Shown here in pieces: positions 40,217 through 47,951 of a DNA stretch of 57,578 nucleotides. The notes beneath the pieces were generated by a model. It saw only the letters and a program-made list of their open reading frames with translations. It was not told where the DNA came from and made no database searches. Origin of the DNA: Reyranella sp. (lineage in GTDB: Bacteria; Pseudomonadota; Alphaproteobacteria; Reyranellales; Reyranellaceae); the NCBI GenBank assembly GCA_035947815.1, contig DASZJU010000219.1:1-57578 (forward strand). The letters are read 5' to 3'. The position numbers and the translations under genes are program-made. Positions within the stretch are counted from its first letter, which is position 1. Each line of letters starts with the position of its first letter.

Positions 40217-40855
40217 ATGACCACGATGAAGCGACGAGCCGCCGATCCGTCCCCGCCGGCGGACGAGGACACCTTGCGACAACGTGTGCTGGGCGCGGCC
40301 TTTTCCACCTTCCTGGAAAAAGGCTACGCGCGCACCAGCATGCTCGATATCGCGAGCCGCGCGAAGATCTCCAAGCGTGACCTCTACGCCATGTGCTCGG
40401 GCAAGCCGGCGATGCTGCGGGAAGTGATCTCCGAGCGGGCGCGGCGCATGCGGCTACCGCTCGACATGCCCGCCGTCCGCAATCGCGAAGAGCTGATCGC
40501 CACGCTCAATGCGTTGGGCCTGGCGACCCTGCAAGGCGTCATCAGCCGGCCGGTGCTGGTCCTTCACCGCATGGCCGTCGCCGTCGCCGAGGAGGCGCCT
40601 GACGTGGCCAAGACGCTCGACGAGGCCGGCCGCAAGGTCAACCGCGCGGCGCTACGCCGGTTTCTCGGCGACGCGCAGGCGGCCAAGCTGCTTGGCCCCG
40701 GCGATCCCGCGGTAATGATGGACGATTTCTTCGCGCTCCTGTGGGGTGGCTTGCTGATCGAGCTTTTAATGGGCGTTACCCCGCCACCCTCGCTTCGGGC
40801 ACTCACCCGAAGAGCGCAACAGGCGACGACCAAGTTTCTAGAACTGTATAGTTAG
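40217..40855 (+). CDS. TetR/AcrR-family regulator
   Basis: FLEKGYARTSMLDIASRAKISKRDLY. Confidence 0.9.
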   Translation: MTTMKRRAADPSPPADEDTLRQRVLGAAFSTFLEKGYARTSMLDIASRAKISKRDLYAMCSGKPAMLREVISERARRMRLPLDMPAVRNREELIATLNALGLATLQGVISRPVLVLHRMAVAVAEEAPDVAKTLDEAGRKVNRAALRRFLGDAQAAKLLGPGDPAVMMDDFFALLWGGLLIELLMGVTPPPSLRALTRRAQQATTKFLELYS

Positions 40856-40881
40856 GCGCCGGCGCGTCACATCACGTGCTG

Positions 40882-40914
40882 ATGTCTGCATTTGGCACGA
40901 ATGCGAGCGGACAT
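40882..40914. repeat. Degenerate ATGTCCGC...GCGGACAT-type small palindromic element
   Basis: ATGTCTGC-ATTTGGCACGAATGCGA-GCGGACAT. Confidence 0.45.
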
Positions 40915-41048
40915 AGCGGAGCGGGGGCTTAGGACATTTCGTTGCCGCAACGCTGACCCACCATTGCATTGCTTGTCCCGCTGGCGGCACTGTGGCCATG
41001 TTGCTGCCTGGACTTTCCGCTTTGCCGCCGCGCTGCGCTGGCGCTGGC

Positions 41049-41633
41049 CTAGCGCTTTTCGTCCAACGCTTCGTCCAGGAAGGTCCGCACGTCGGCAAGG
41101 ACCTCGTCCGATTCGTGCGGATCTTCTATCGCGCGAGCGAGGATCAGCCCGCCGATCATTGCCGCGAACGCACCGCGCGCCTGGCGGCGTCGCTCGGCGG
41201 GGTCTTTGCCGGGCGCGGCCTCGGCAAAACGGTCGAGCCACGCTTCGATGTTGGTGCTGATCTGGCGCCGCGCCGCGCCCTGCGTTCGCGCAAGCTCGCT
41301 GCCCAGCGTGGCGATCGAGCATCCGGTCTCGGGATGCTCGCGATGGCGGGAGCTCAGGTAGAAATCCGCCGCGCCCAGGAGAGCCTCGTCGGGCGCCCTG
41401 GCCGCCATGTCCTCGAAGCGCGCCATGCGTGCCTTTTGCAGTTCGGCCAGGGTCTCGGCGATCAGGTCTTCCTTTGACTTGAAGTGGGCATAGAAGCCGC
41501 CGTGCGTCAGTCCGACCTGGCGCATGATGTCGGCGATCGAGATACCGGCGATGCCGCGGGCTCGAAAAGCCGCCGCTGCTGCATCGATGATACGGCGACG
41601 CGATTCCTCCTTGTGGTTGGGGCTCCACGGCAT
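41049..41633 (-). CDS. TetR/AcrR-family regulator
   Basis: GIAGISIADIMRQVGLTHGGFYAHFKSKEDL, GCSI. Confidence 0.92.
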   Translation of the reverse strand: MPWSPNHKEESRRRIIDAAAAAFRARGIAGISIADIMRQVGLTHGGFYAHFKSKEDLIAETLAELQKARMARFEDMAARAPDEALLGAADFYLSSRHREHPETGCSIATLGSELARTQGAARRQISTNIEAWLDRFAEAAPGKDPAERRRQARGAFAAMIGGLILARAIEDPHESDEVLADVRTFLDEALDEKR

Positions 41634-41643
41634 GTCGCGCACA

Positions 41644-41728
41644 ATATGATGATTGAAATTATATGTCTATAGTAACTTTCCGCTCACTCTCATGTGAATA
41701 TCTATCGATAATATTACATATATCATAT
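41644..41728. promoter_or_regulatory. AT-rich divergent promoter with two imperfect ATATGAT-N4-G(A/T)AAT operators
   Basis: ATATGATGATTGAAATTA at 41644-41661 and ATATTACATATATCATAT at 41711-41728. Confidence 0.55.
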
Positions 41729-41742
41729 TCTGACTTGATCAA

Positions 41743-42669
41743 ATGGAGGAGCGCGATATGACGGGTCAGACGGAACGGACTTTGATCGACCGCAGACGTT
41801 TCATTGGCGCGGGCACGGGCGCGGCGGTGCTGGCTTCGACGGGCACGGTGCTCGCACAGGCGCCAACGGCGCCGCCGCCTGCGAGCGAACCGGGCAAGGT
41901 CACGATCGAACGGCGGCCGGGCGGCGTTCTCCTGCTCGGCATCGATCGCCCGCAGGCGCAAAACCGAATGGGCCCCGCGATCCTGATCGGGCTCGGCAAG
42001 GGTCTTTACCAGCTCGAGCACGACGACGAGCTTCGCGTCGCGGTTATTCACGGTGTGGGCCCGGATTTCTGCCTGGGCGTCGATCTGCCGGCCTTCGCCG
42101 CGGCCCAGGCGGCAGGCATCCTGCCGCCCAAGGATCCCGATTACATCAATCCACTCGGCCTCAGGCCGCCCCATCGCAGCAAGCCTGTGGTCGTCGCGGT
42201 CCAGGGTGGCACCAAGTACGCCGGGCACGAGTTGTTCCTCGCGTCGGACATCCGCGTCGCCGCCACGGACTCCGTGTTCAGCCAGGGCGAGGTCGCGCGC
42301 GGCATCTTCCCGGGCGGCGGCGCCACGGTACGGCTGACGCGCGAGGTCGGCTGGGCCAACGCCATGCGCTACATGCTGACCGGCGACGAATGGGGCGCCG
42401 ACGAAGCGCGCCGCCTCGGGCTCGTGCAGGAAGTCACCGAGCCCGGCAAGCAACTCGATCGGGCCGTCGCGATCGCCACGAAAATTGCAGCCAACGCGCC
42501 GCTCGGCGTGCGCGCTACGCTCGCCTCGGCGCACCAGGCGATCGCCAGCGAAGACGCGGCCTTCGTCGCCCTGCAGACCGATTTCCCGAAGATCCTGCAG
42601 AGCAACGACGCCAAGGAATTCCAGAAAGCCTTGCGCGAAGGCCGTCGGCCGGACTTCCACGGCAATTGA
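41743..42669 (+). CDS. Crotonase/enoyl-CoA hydratase family protein with Tat signal (paralog 2)
   Basis: IDRRRFIGAGTGAAVLASTGTVLA; DRPQAQN, FCLGVD, GHELFLASDIR, QGEVARG. Confidence 0.9.
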   Translation: MEERDMTGQTERTLIDRRRFIGAGTGAAVLASTGTVLAQAPTAPPPASEPGKVTIERRPGGVLLLGIDRPQAQNRMGPAILIGLGKGLYQLEHDDELRVAVIHGVGPDFCLGVDLPAFAAAQAAGILPPKDPDYINPLGLRPPHRSKPVVVAVQGGTKYAGHELFLASDIRVAATDSVFSQGEVARGIFPGGGATVRLTREVGWANAMRYMLTGDEWGADEARRLGLVQEVTEPGKQLDRAVAIATKIAANAPLGVRATLASAHQAIASEDAAFVALQTDFPKILQSNDAKEFQKALREGRRPDFHGN

Positions 42670-42671
42670 AC

Positions 42672-43190
42672 ATGAGGATCGGCGCCTACGCTCTTGCCGT
42701 CCCGCTCGCCCTGGCTGCGAGCGGGGCGCTCAGCCAAACCCTGGTGACGCATCGTCTCCCGGCGACGCTCGCCGTGGAGGCCGTCACTGCCGCGGTGGCC
42801 GACTGCGCGCAGCGCGGCTTTGGCGTCACGGCTACGGTGGTCGACGCGGATGCGCAGCGTATCGCCATGCTGCGCGGCGACACCGCGGGCGTACACACAT
42901 TCGAGGCATCGTGGAGCAAGGCCTATACCGCCGTCGCTTTCGCACCGATGCTCAAGCTCGACAGCGGCGGCGCGGTCGCCGCGCGCCTCGCACAGTACTC
43001 GGCACAGCAACCGCCCGGCACGCTGCCCTTTCAGCCTCCCGAACACATGATCATTCGCGCCGGCGGTCTGACCATCAAGCTGAGCGAGGAGGTGATTGGC
43101 GCCATCGGCGTCGGCGGTGCGCCGAGCGCCGAAGCGGACGAGGTTTGCGCCAAGGCAGGCCTCGACACCATTCGCAATCGCATCCGCTAG
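42672..43190 (+). CDS. GlcG/HbpS-family heme-binding protein, exported
   Basis: Signal peptide; ATVVD, LRGD, SWSKAYTA, AGGL, IGAIGVGGA, DEVCA. Confidence 0.87.
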   Translation: MRIGAYALAVPLALAASGALSQTLVTHRLPATLAVEAVTAAVADCAQRGFGVTATVVDADAQRIAMLRGDTAGVHTFEASWSKAYTAVAFAPMLKLDSGGAVAARLAQYSAQQPPGTLPFQPPEHMIIRAGGLTIKLSEEVIGAIGVGGAPSAEADEVCAKAGLDTIRNRIR

Positions 43191-43521
43191 TGTCGTAGGA
43201 TCGCCGGCACAGCGTCTCGAGCGGCCACGATGCCTGAAGCCCTGGTCCGGGTAAGGCCCGTTTATGGCATCCCAAACTCCGAAATTCTTTCTGGCTGGTT
43301 CAAAGCGGCTTGCGCCGCAGCGCGTCCGTGAGCCGTCCGCACAGGTGGGCGGGCCGGTCGATTGAAGCGAGGCCACCCGCCCACAGCACTCCCATGAGCG
43401 AGATTTTCTGCTATGTTCAGTCTACTTCTTCGGCAGCCAGCGCAGCTATGGTGCACCTAGCGTAGATGTGCTGAAAGCCAGGTCGGTGAAAAATCAGCGT
43501 GTTTCCGACGTTCACCAGAGC

Positions 43522-43578
<57 letters not shown>

Positions 43579-43603
43579 CATTTTCCAAGGCAGGGACGAC
43601 GGC

Positions 43604-44944
43604 ATGGATTCGGTGGTATCGGCGCCGGTCGCGGCCAGCGGCGACTTTTCAGCCGATGCGGCCAGCTTCTCCGCCTATTGGCGCGACGCCAGGCAACAGC
43701 TCGCCCGCATGCCCGCCAAGCCCAAGCGCGACGCGGCGGCCCATGATGCGGCCGAGGCCCTCAAGCAGGCCGCGCGCGAGGCCCGCTTCACCTTCCTGCG
43801 CCGCCATGCCCGCACGCTCTACGACCGGCTGACCGACGGGCGGCGCAAGTTCGTGCGTATCGAGCAGTTGGCTTACAACGCGGCCGATGCGGTCCCCGGC
43901 CTCGTGCCGACGCGCGCCGAGGTTTTAGCCGAAGCCGAGCTGCGACAGTCCGAGAAGGACGGCTGCGAGATCGACCAGGGCATTCTCTGCAACCAGTTCC
44001 TGGCCGACGCGGAGTGCGGGCTGCACCTCTGCCACGCCATGCTGCTGCCGCGCGAGGAATCGACCGAGGCGCTGGCGAAATTCCTGCGCGACGGCCGACT
44101 CGATCTCGGCTTCGCCCGGGTCGAGCGCCAGGGCAAGGCGGCCGTGCTCCTGATCGCCAACAAGCGCTTCCTGAACTCCGAGGACAACTCGACCCAGCCC
44201 GCGACCGAGATCGCCGCCGATGTCTGCATCCTCGATCCGCAGAGCCAGGTCGCCGTGCTGCGCGGCGACGTGGTGCCCGACGGCAAATATGCCGGACGCC
44301 ACGTCTACAACGCCGGCATCAACCTCACGCACCTCTACTACGGCAAGATCCCGTTCCTGTGGTTCCTGGTCCGCGACCTCGGCTTCGTGAACAAGATGCT
44401 GCGCGGGCTGGCCAAGCCCGAGGTGTCGCCCGAAGAGGTTTCAGGCGAGTCGATCGAGAAACTGTGGATCTCGGCGGTCGAGACCTTCGCCATCGGCGGC
44501 GGCTGCCAGATCCTTTTGGCAACCGACTTCAACATCGCCGCACGAGATGCCTACCTCACCCTGCCGGCGCGCAAGGAAGGCATCATCCCGGCGATGGCCA
44601 ATCTGCGGCTGGCGCGTTTCGTCGGCGACCGTATCGCCCGCCAGGCGATCATGTACGAGCGGCGCATCGAGTGCGATTCCGATGTCGGCCGCATGATCTG
44701 CGATGAGGTCATCGAGCCCGGCGCCATGGACGAGACAATCGCGCGCGTCATCGACCGGCTGACCGGCTCAGGCGTCGTGGGCTCGATCGGCAATCGTCGC
44801 GCGCTCCGCTTCGCGGCCGAGCCGCTCGACACCTTCCGCCGCTACGCCGCTCTCTATGCCCGCGAGCAGGCCTACTGCCATTTCAGCCCGGCGCTGATTT
44901 CTAATCTCGAGCTTTATTGGAACGCCCAGAATCGGCGGGCTTAA
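43604..44944 (+). CDS. dpgC: DpgC-like crotonase-fold cofactor-free dioxygenase
   Basis: EIDQGI, HLCHAMLLP, NAGINL, FAIGGGCQ, LPARKEGIIPAMANLRL and long N-terminal helical region resemble DpgC. Confidence 0.75.
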   Translation: MDSVVSAPVAASGDFSADAASFSAYWRDARQQLARMPAKPKRDAAAHDAAEALKQAAREARFTFLRRHARTLYDRLTDGRRKFVRIEQLAYNAADAVPGLVPTRAEVLAEAELRQSEKDGCEIDQGILCNQFLADAECGLHLCHAMLLPREESTEALAKFLRDGRLDLGFARVERQGKAAVLLIANKRFLNSEDNSTQPATEIAADVCILDPQSQVAVLRGDVVPDGKYAGRHVYNAGINLTHLYYGKIPFLWFLVRDLGFVNKMLRGLAKPEVSPEEVSGESIEKLWISAVETFAIGGGCQILLATDFNIAARDAYLTLPARKEGIIPAMANLRLARFVGDRIARQAIMYERRIECDSDVGRMICDEVIEPGAMDETIARVIDRLTGSGVVGSIGNRRALRFAAEPLDTFRRYAALYAREQAYCHFSPALISNLELYWNAQNRRA

Positions 44945-45041
44945 GCTGGGGGCGCGCCGCTCCAGTGGCGCGTCATCGTCTTCCGGACCGCGGGCCACAT
45001 GAGCATGAGAAGACGCGCCACTGGAGTGGCGCGCCCCCAGC
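44945..45041. repeat. Long GC-rich inverted repeat (REP-like) between convergent genes
   Basis: 30-bp arms GCTGGGGGCGCGCC(G/A)CTCCAGTGGCGCGTC, 29/30 match. Confidence 0.85.
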
Positions 45042-45043
45042 GC

Positions 45044-45634
45044 TCAGTGCTCGCGCGGCGCGTGCTTGCCCAGAATGCGCTGCAGGGTGCGCCGGTGCAT
45101 GTTGAGGCGGCGCGCCGTCTCCGAGACGTTGCGGTCGCACTGCTCGAAGACGCGCTGGATGTGCTCCCAACGCACGCGGTCGGCCGACATCGGATTGCTG
45201 GGCGGCGGCGGCAGCTTGCGGCCATGTGCGGTCAGCGCCTGCTCGATGGCGTCGGCGTCGGCCGGCTTGGCGAGATAGTCGACCGCGCCTTCCTTCACCG
45301 CGGCGACGGCGGTGGCGATGTTGCCGTAGCCGGTCAGCACGACGATGCGGATGTCGGGCCGCGCCTGGCGCAACGGCCCCACCAGCTCGAGGCCGTTGCC
45401 GTCGCCCAACCTTAGGTCGAGGACGGCGAAGGCAGGCGGCCGCGCGGTTTGCGCCAGCGCCTCGGCGACCGAACCGACCGACGTGACGATGAAGCCGCGC
45501 AACTCGAGCGCGCGCGCGATCCTGTTGCGGAACGCCGCGTCGTCGTCGGCGATCAGCAAAGTGCGATCCTTGTTCGTCGTCGCGCCGGCAATGGCGGGCG
45601 ACACGGTGCGGTTGGCGCCGGTGTCCTGGCTCAT
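45044..45634 (-). CDS. regA: RegA/PrrA/ActR redox response regulator
   Basis: LTGYGNIATAVAAVK, PMSADRVRWEHIQRV, NVSETARRLNMHRRTLQRIL. Confidence 0.96.
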   Translation of the reverse strand: MSQDTGANRTVSPAIAGATTNKDRTLLIADDDAAFRNRIARALELRGFIVTSVGSVAEALAQTARPPAFAVLDLRLGDGNGLELVGPLRQARPDIRIVVLTGYGNIATAVAAVKEGAVDYLAKPADADAIEQALTAHGRKLPPPPSNPMSADRVRWEHIQRVFEQCDRNVSETARRLNMHRRTLQRILGKHAPREH

Positions 45635-45657
45635 GGCGACTCCTTCGACATCGGCCG

Positions 45658-46989
45658 CTATGTAGCCTTGAAGACGGGATTTGGCCAGCGCACGGAGACC
45701 GCCGCGCCGCCACCGGCTTGGCGATTGCCGAAGGTGACGGTGGCGCCGGTGCGTTCCAATAGCGTCTTGGCGATGAAAACGCCCAATCCCATGTGTCCTT
45801 CCTCGCCCTGGCGCGTGGAAATGAACGGTGTACCCAATTCGTCGAGCAGCGCCTGCGAGAAGCCCGGGCCGTCGTCGGAGACTTCGACTTCGGACCATTC
45901 GGTGGTCCAGCGGGTGGCGATGAGCATTTCGCGCCGGGCGAACGAAACGGCGTTGTGAACGATATTGCCTATGCCCTGCATGATCTCCGGACTGCGCACC
46001 TGGATCGGCGCCGTCGTTGGCGCGCCCTCGCCCATCGGGCCGGACTCGAAGATGATGGCAATGCCGTCGCGCTTGTAGCTCTGCGCCGCGGCCTCGATCA
46101 GCGCCGGCAGCGGCACCAGGGTGTAGGCGTCGGACACGTCGCCCGCCGGATCGACGGACAGGCGGGCGAGGATGGTGCGACAGCGATCGGACTCGGCGGA
46201 CAGGAGCTCGACATCCTCGCGCAGCGGATCGTCGGTCTCGACCTCGCGCAGCATTTCCTTGGTCACCACCGCGATCGTCGACAAGGGCGAGCCGAGCTCG
46301 TGCGCGGCGGCGGCGGCCAGCGCGCCCAGCGCCGACAGGCGCTGCTCGCGGGCAAGGGCTGCCTGCGCCGCGGCCAGCGCATCGGCCATCTGCCGCGCCT
46401 CCTCGGCCAGTCGCCAGCCATAGAGCGTGATCAGCAGGGTGGTGAGGGTGAGGCCCGCCCACACGCCCGCGCGATAGATCTCCGGCAGGTCGGGCGGCGG
46501 GCCGCGCCACGGCAGCGGCTGATGGAAGATTCCCAGGAGCGCGATGCTGGCGATGGTGAGCAGCGACAGCGCGATGTTGCTGGCGAGCGACAGGATGGTG
46601 GCGCCGATGGCGACCGGCGCCAGCAGCAGCAACACGAAGGGATTGACCAGGCCGCCGGTGAGATAGAGCAGCACGGCAAGCTGCAGGATGTCGAAGGCGA
46701 GGAAGACCGTGGCCTCGCGGTCGTCGATGCGCGCCGACGCTGGCCGTCCCAGGCTGACCGTGAGATTGAGCAGGGCCGACAGCGCGATCGCGCCGCCCAC
46801 CGCCAGCACCGGCAGGGTGAAGCCCAGGCCCCAATGGACGACGGCGGCGGTGAGGAGCTGTCCGGCGACGGCGGCCCAGCGTATCAGGACCAGCGCGCGC
46901 AGGCGTACGCCACTGCGCAGCGGTAAAGCGGCGCCCGGCATTGCAGCCGCGGGAGCGGGCGACGAGGCGATCTCGGCGCGCGCCGCCAT
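45658..46989 (-). CDS. regB: RegB/PrrB/ActS redox sensor kinase
   Basis: IRWAAVAGQ, TGGLVNPF quinone-binding motif, AAHELGSPL, DRCR, DDGPGF, GLGVFIA. Confidence 0.95.
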   Translation of the reverse strand: MAARAEIASSPAPAAAMPGAALPLRSGVRLRALVLIRWAAVAGQLLTAAVVHWGLGFTLPVLAVGGAIALSALLNLTVSLGRPASARIDDREATVFLAFDILQLAVLLYLTGGLVNPFVLLLLAPVAIGATILSLASNIALSLLTIASIALLGIFHQPLPWRGPPPDLPEIYRAGVWAGLTLTTLLITLYGWRLAEEARQMADALAAAQAALAREQRLSALGALAAAAAHELGSPLSTIAVVTKEMLREVETDDPLREDVELLSAESDRCRTILARLSVDPAGDVSDAYTLVPLPALIEAAAQSYKRDGIAIIFESGPMGEGAPTTAPIQVRSPEIMQGIGNIVHNAVSFARREMLIATRWTTEWSEVEVSDDGPGFSQALLDELGTPFISTRQGEEGHMGLGVFIAKTLLERTGATVTFGNRQAGGGAAVSVRWPNPVFKAT

Positions 46990-46992
46990 CGG

Positions 46993-47781
46993 CTATTCCT
47001 CGAGCATCAGGTGCCGGCGATGCACCGTGGTGAACAGCGGGATCTTGCGCTGCTTCTTTCGGTTCGGCGGCTCCTTCACCAGCCGGCCGATCTCACCCAG
47101 GATGAGGCCGGTGATGGTGGGCAGCGGCAGCTCGCGCGCCTCGTCGAGCCGCACCCAGCGGATATCGCCCAATTCGCTCGAATGGCGGATCTCGCCCGTC
47201 GCATCCTCAGCCCGCGCCATGAAGAAGCGCGCATTGAAGCGGCGCGGCCGGCCGGGCGGCGTCACCGCGCGCGCGATCAGGTCGAGGCAGTCGAGCGCGG
47301 GGGCAAAGCCCTTGTCCAAAAAGCCGTGCCAGTGCTCGCCGAAATCCTCCTCAGGCGCCCCGCCTTTCAACGGCTTAGCCAGCATCAGCCCGGTCTCCTC
47401 GAACGTCTCGCGCACCGCAGCGACGGCCAGCGCCCGGGCGCGTTGTGGCGTCGCCGCCTTGCGCAGCCGCGCGTCGACGAAGCGATTGAGCGGCGTCGCC
47501 ACCGGCACGCGCGCATCGGCGGGATCGACCCGGCCGCCGGGAAAGACGTAGCGATTGGGCATGAAGGCATGCTTGGCGTCGCGGCAGCCCAGCAGCACCT
47601 CGGGGATCTTGCCGCGCTGGCGCACCAGGATCAGCGTCGCGGCATCGCGCGGCCGCAGGTAGGGATATTTCTTGTCGATCTGCTCGACCGGACGCTCGCT
47701 GCCCGGTTTCAGCACGGCGTGCGTATAGCCTTTGTCGGTGCCGCGCACGACGGCGTCGGCGGGAATGCTTCGTTTGCTCAT
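46993..47781 (-). CDS. NUDIX hydrolase
   Basis: PRDAATLIL, FPGGRVD, AVRETFEETG, TPPGRPRRFNARFF. Confidence 0.9.
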   Translation of the reverse strand: MSKRSIPADAVVRGTDKGYTHAVLKPGSERPVEQIDKKYPYLRPRDAATLILVRQRGKIPEVLLGCRDAKHAFMPNRYVFPGGRVDPADARVPVATPLNRFVDARLRKAATPQRARALAVAAVRETFEETGLMLAKPLKGGAPEEDFGEHWHGFLDKGFAPALDCLDLIARAVTPPGRPRRFNARFFMARAEDATGEIRHSSELGDIRWVRLDEARELPLPTITGLILGEIGRLVKEPPNRKKQRKIPLFTTVHRRHLMLEE

Positions 47782-47846
47782 GGTGCGACGATAGAGCAAA
47801 TCGGCGGCTGCACAAAATTTGACGCGCGAAAGATGCCGCCCCTTGC

Positions 47847-47942
47847 CTACCCTGCCACGCGCCACAGAGCGAACAGGGCCGCCATCAGGATCACGATCAG
47901 CCCGGTGGCGAGGACCAGCCGGTCGGCGAACAAACGGCGCAT
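47847..47942 (-). CDS. 31-aa single-pass membrane protein (not in ORF track)
   Basis: GGAGG RBS directly after the reductase stop; MRRLFADRLVLATGLIVILMAALFALWRVAG. Confidence 0.7.
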   Translation of the reverse strand: MRRLFADRLVLATGLIVILMAALFALWRVAG

Positions 47943-47951
47943 CGGGCCTCC

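Noticed and set aside
43230-43331. Short ORF ending SGWFKAACAAARP, faintly like a tyrosine-integrase helix
   Set aside because: Too short and no HxLR or catalytic Tyr motif follows; cannot be supported without a search
45044-46834. 596-aa fused RegA ORF
   Set aside because: The upstream part is an alternative frame over regB; RegA starts near 45634 with its own RBS
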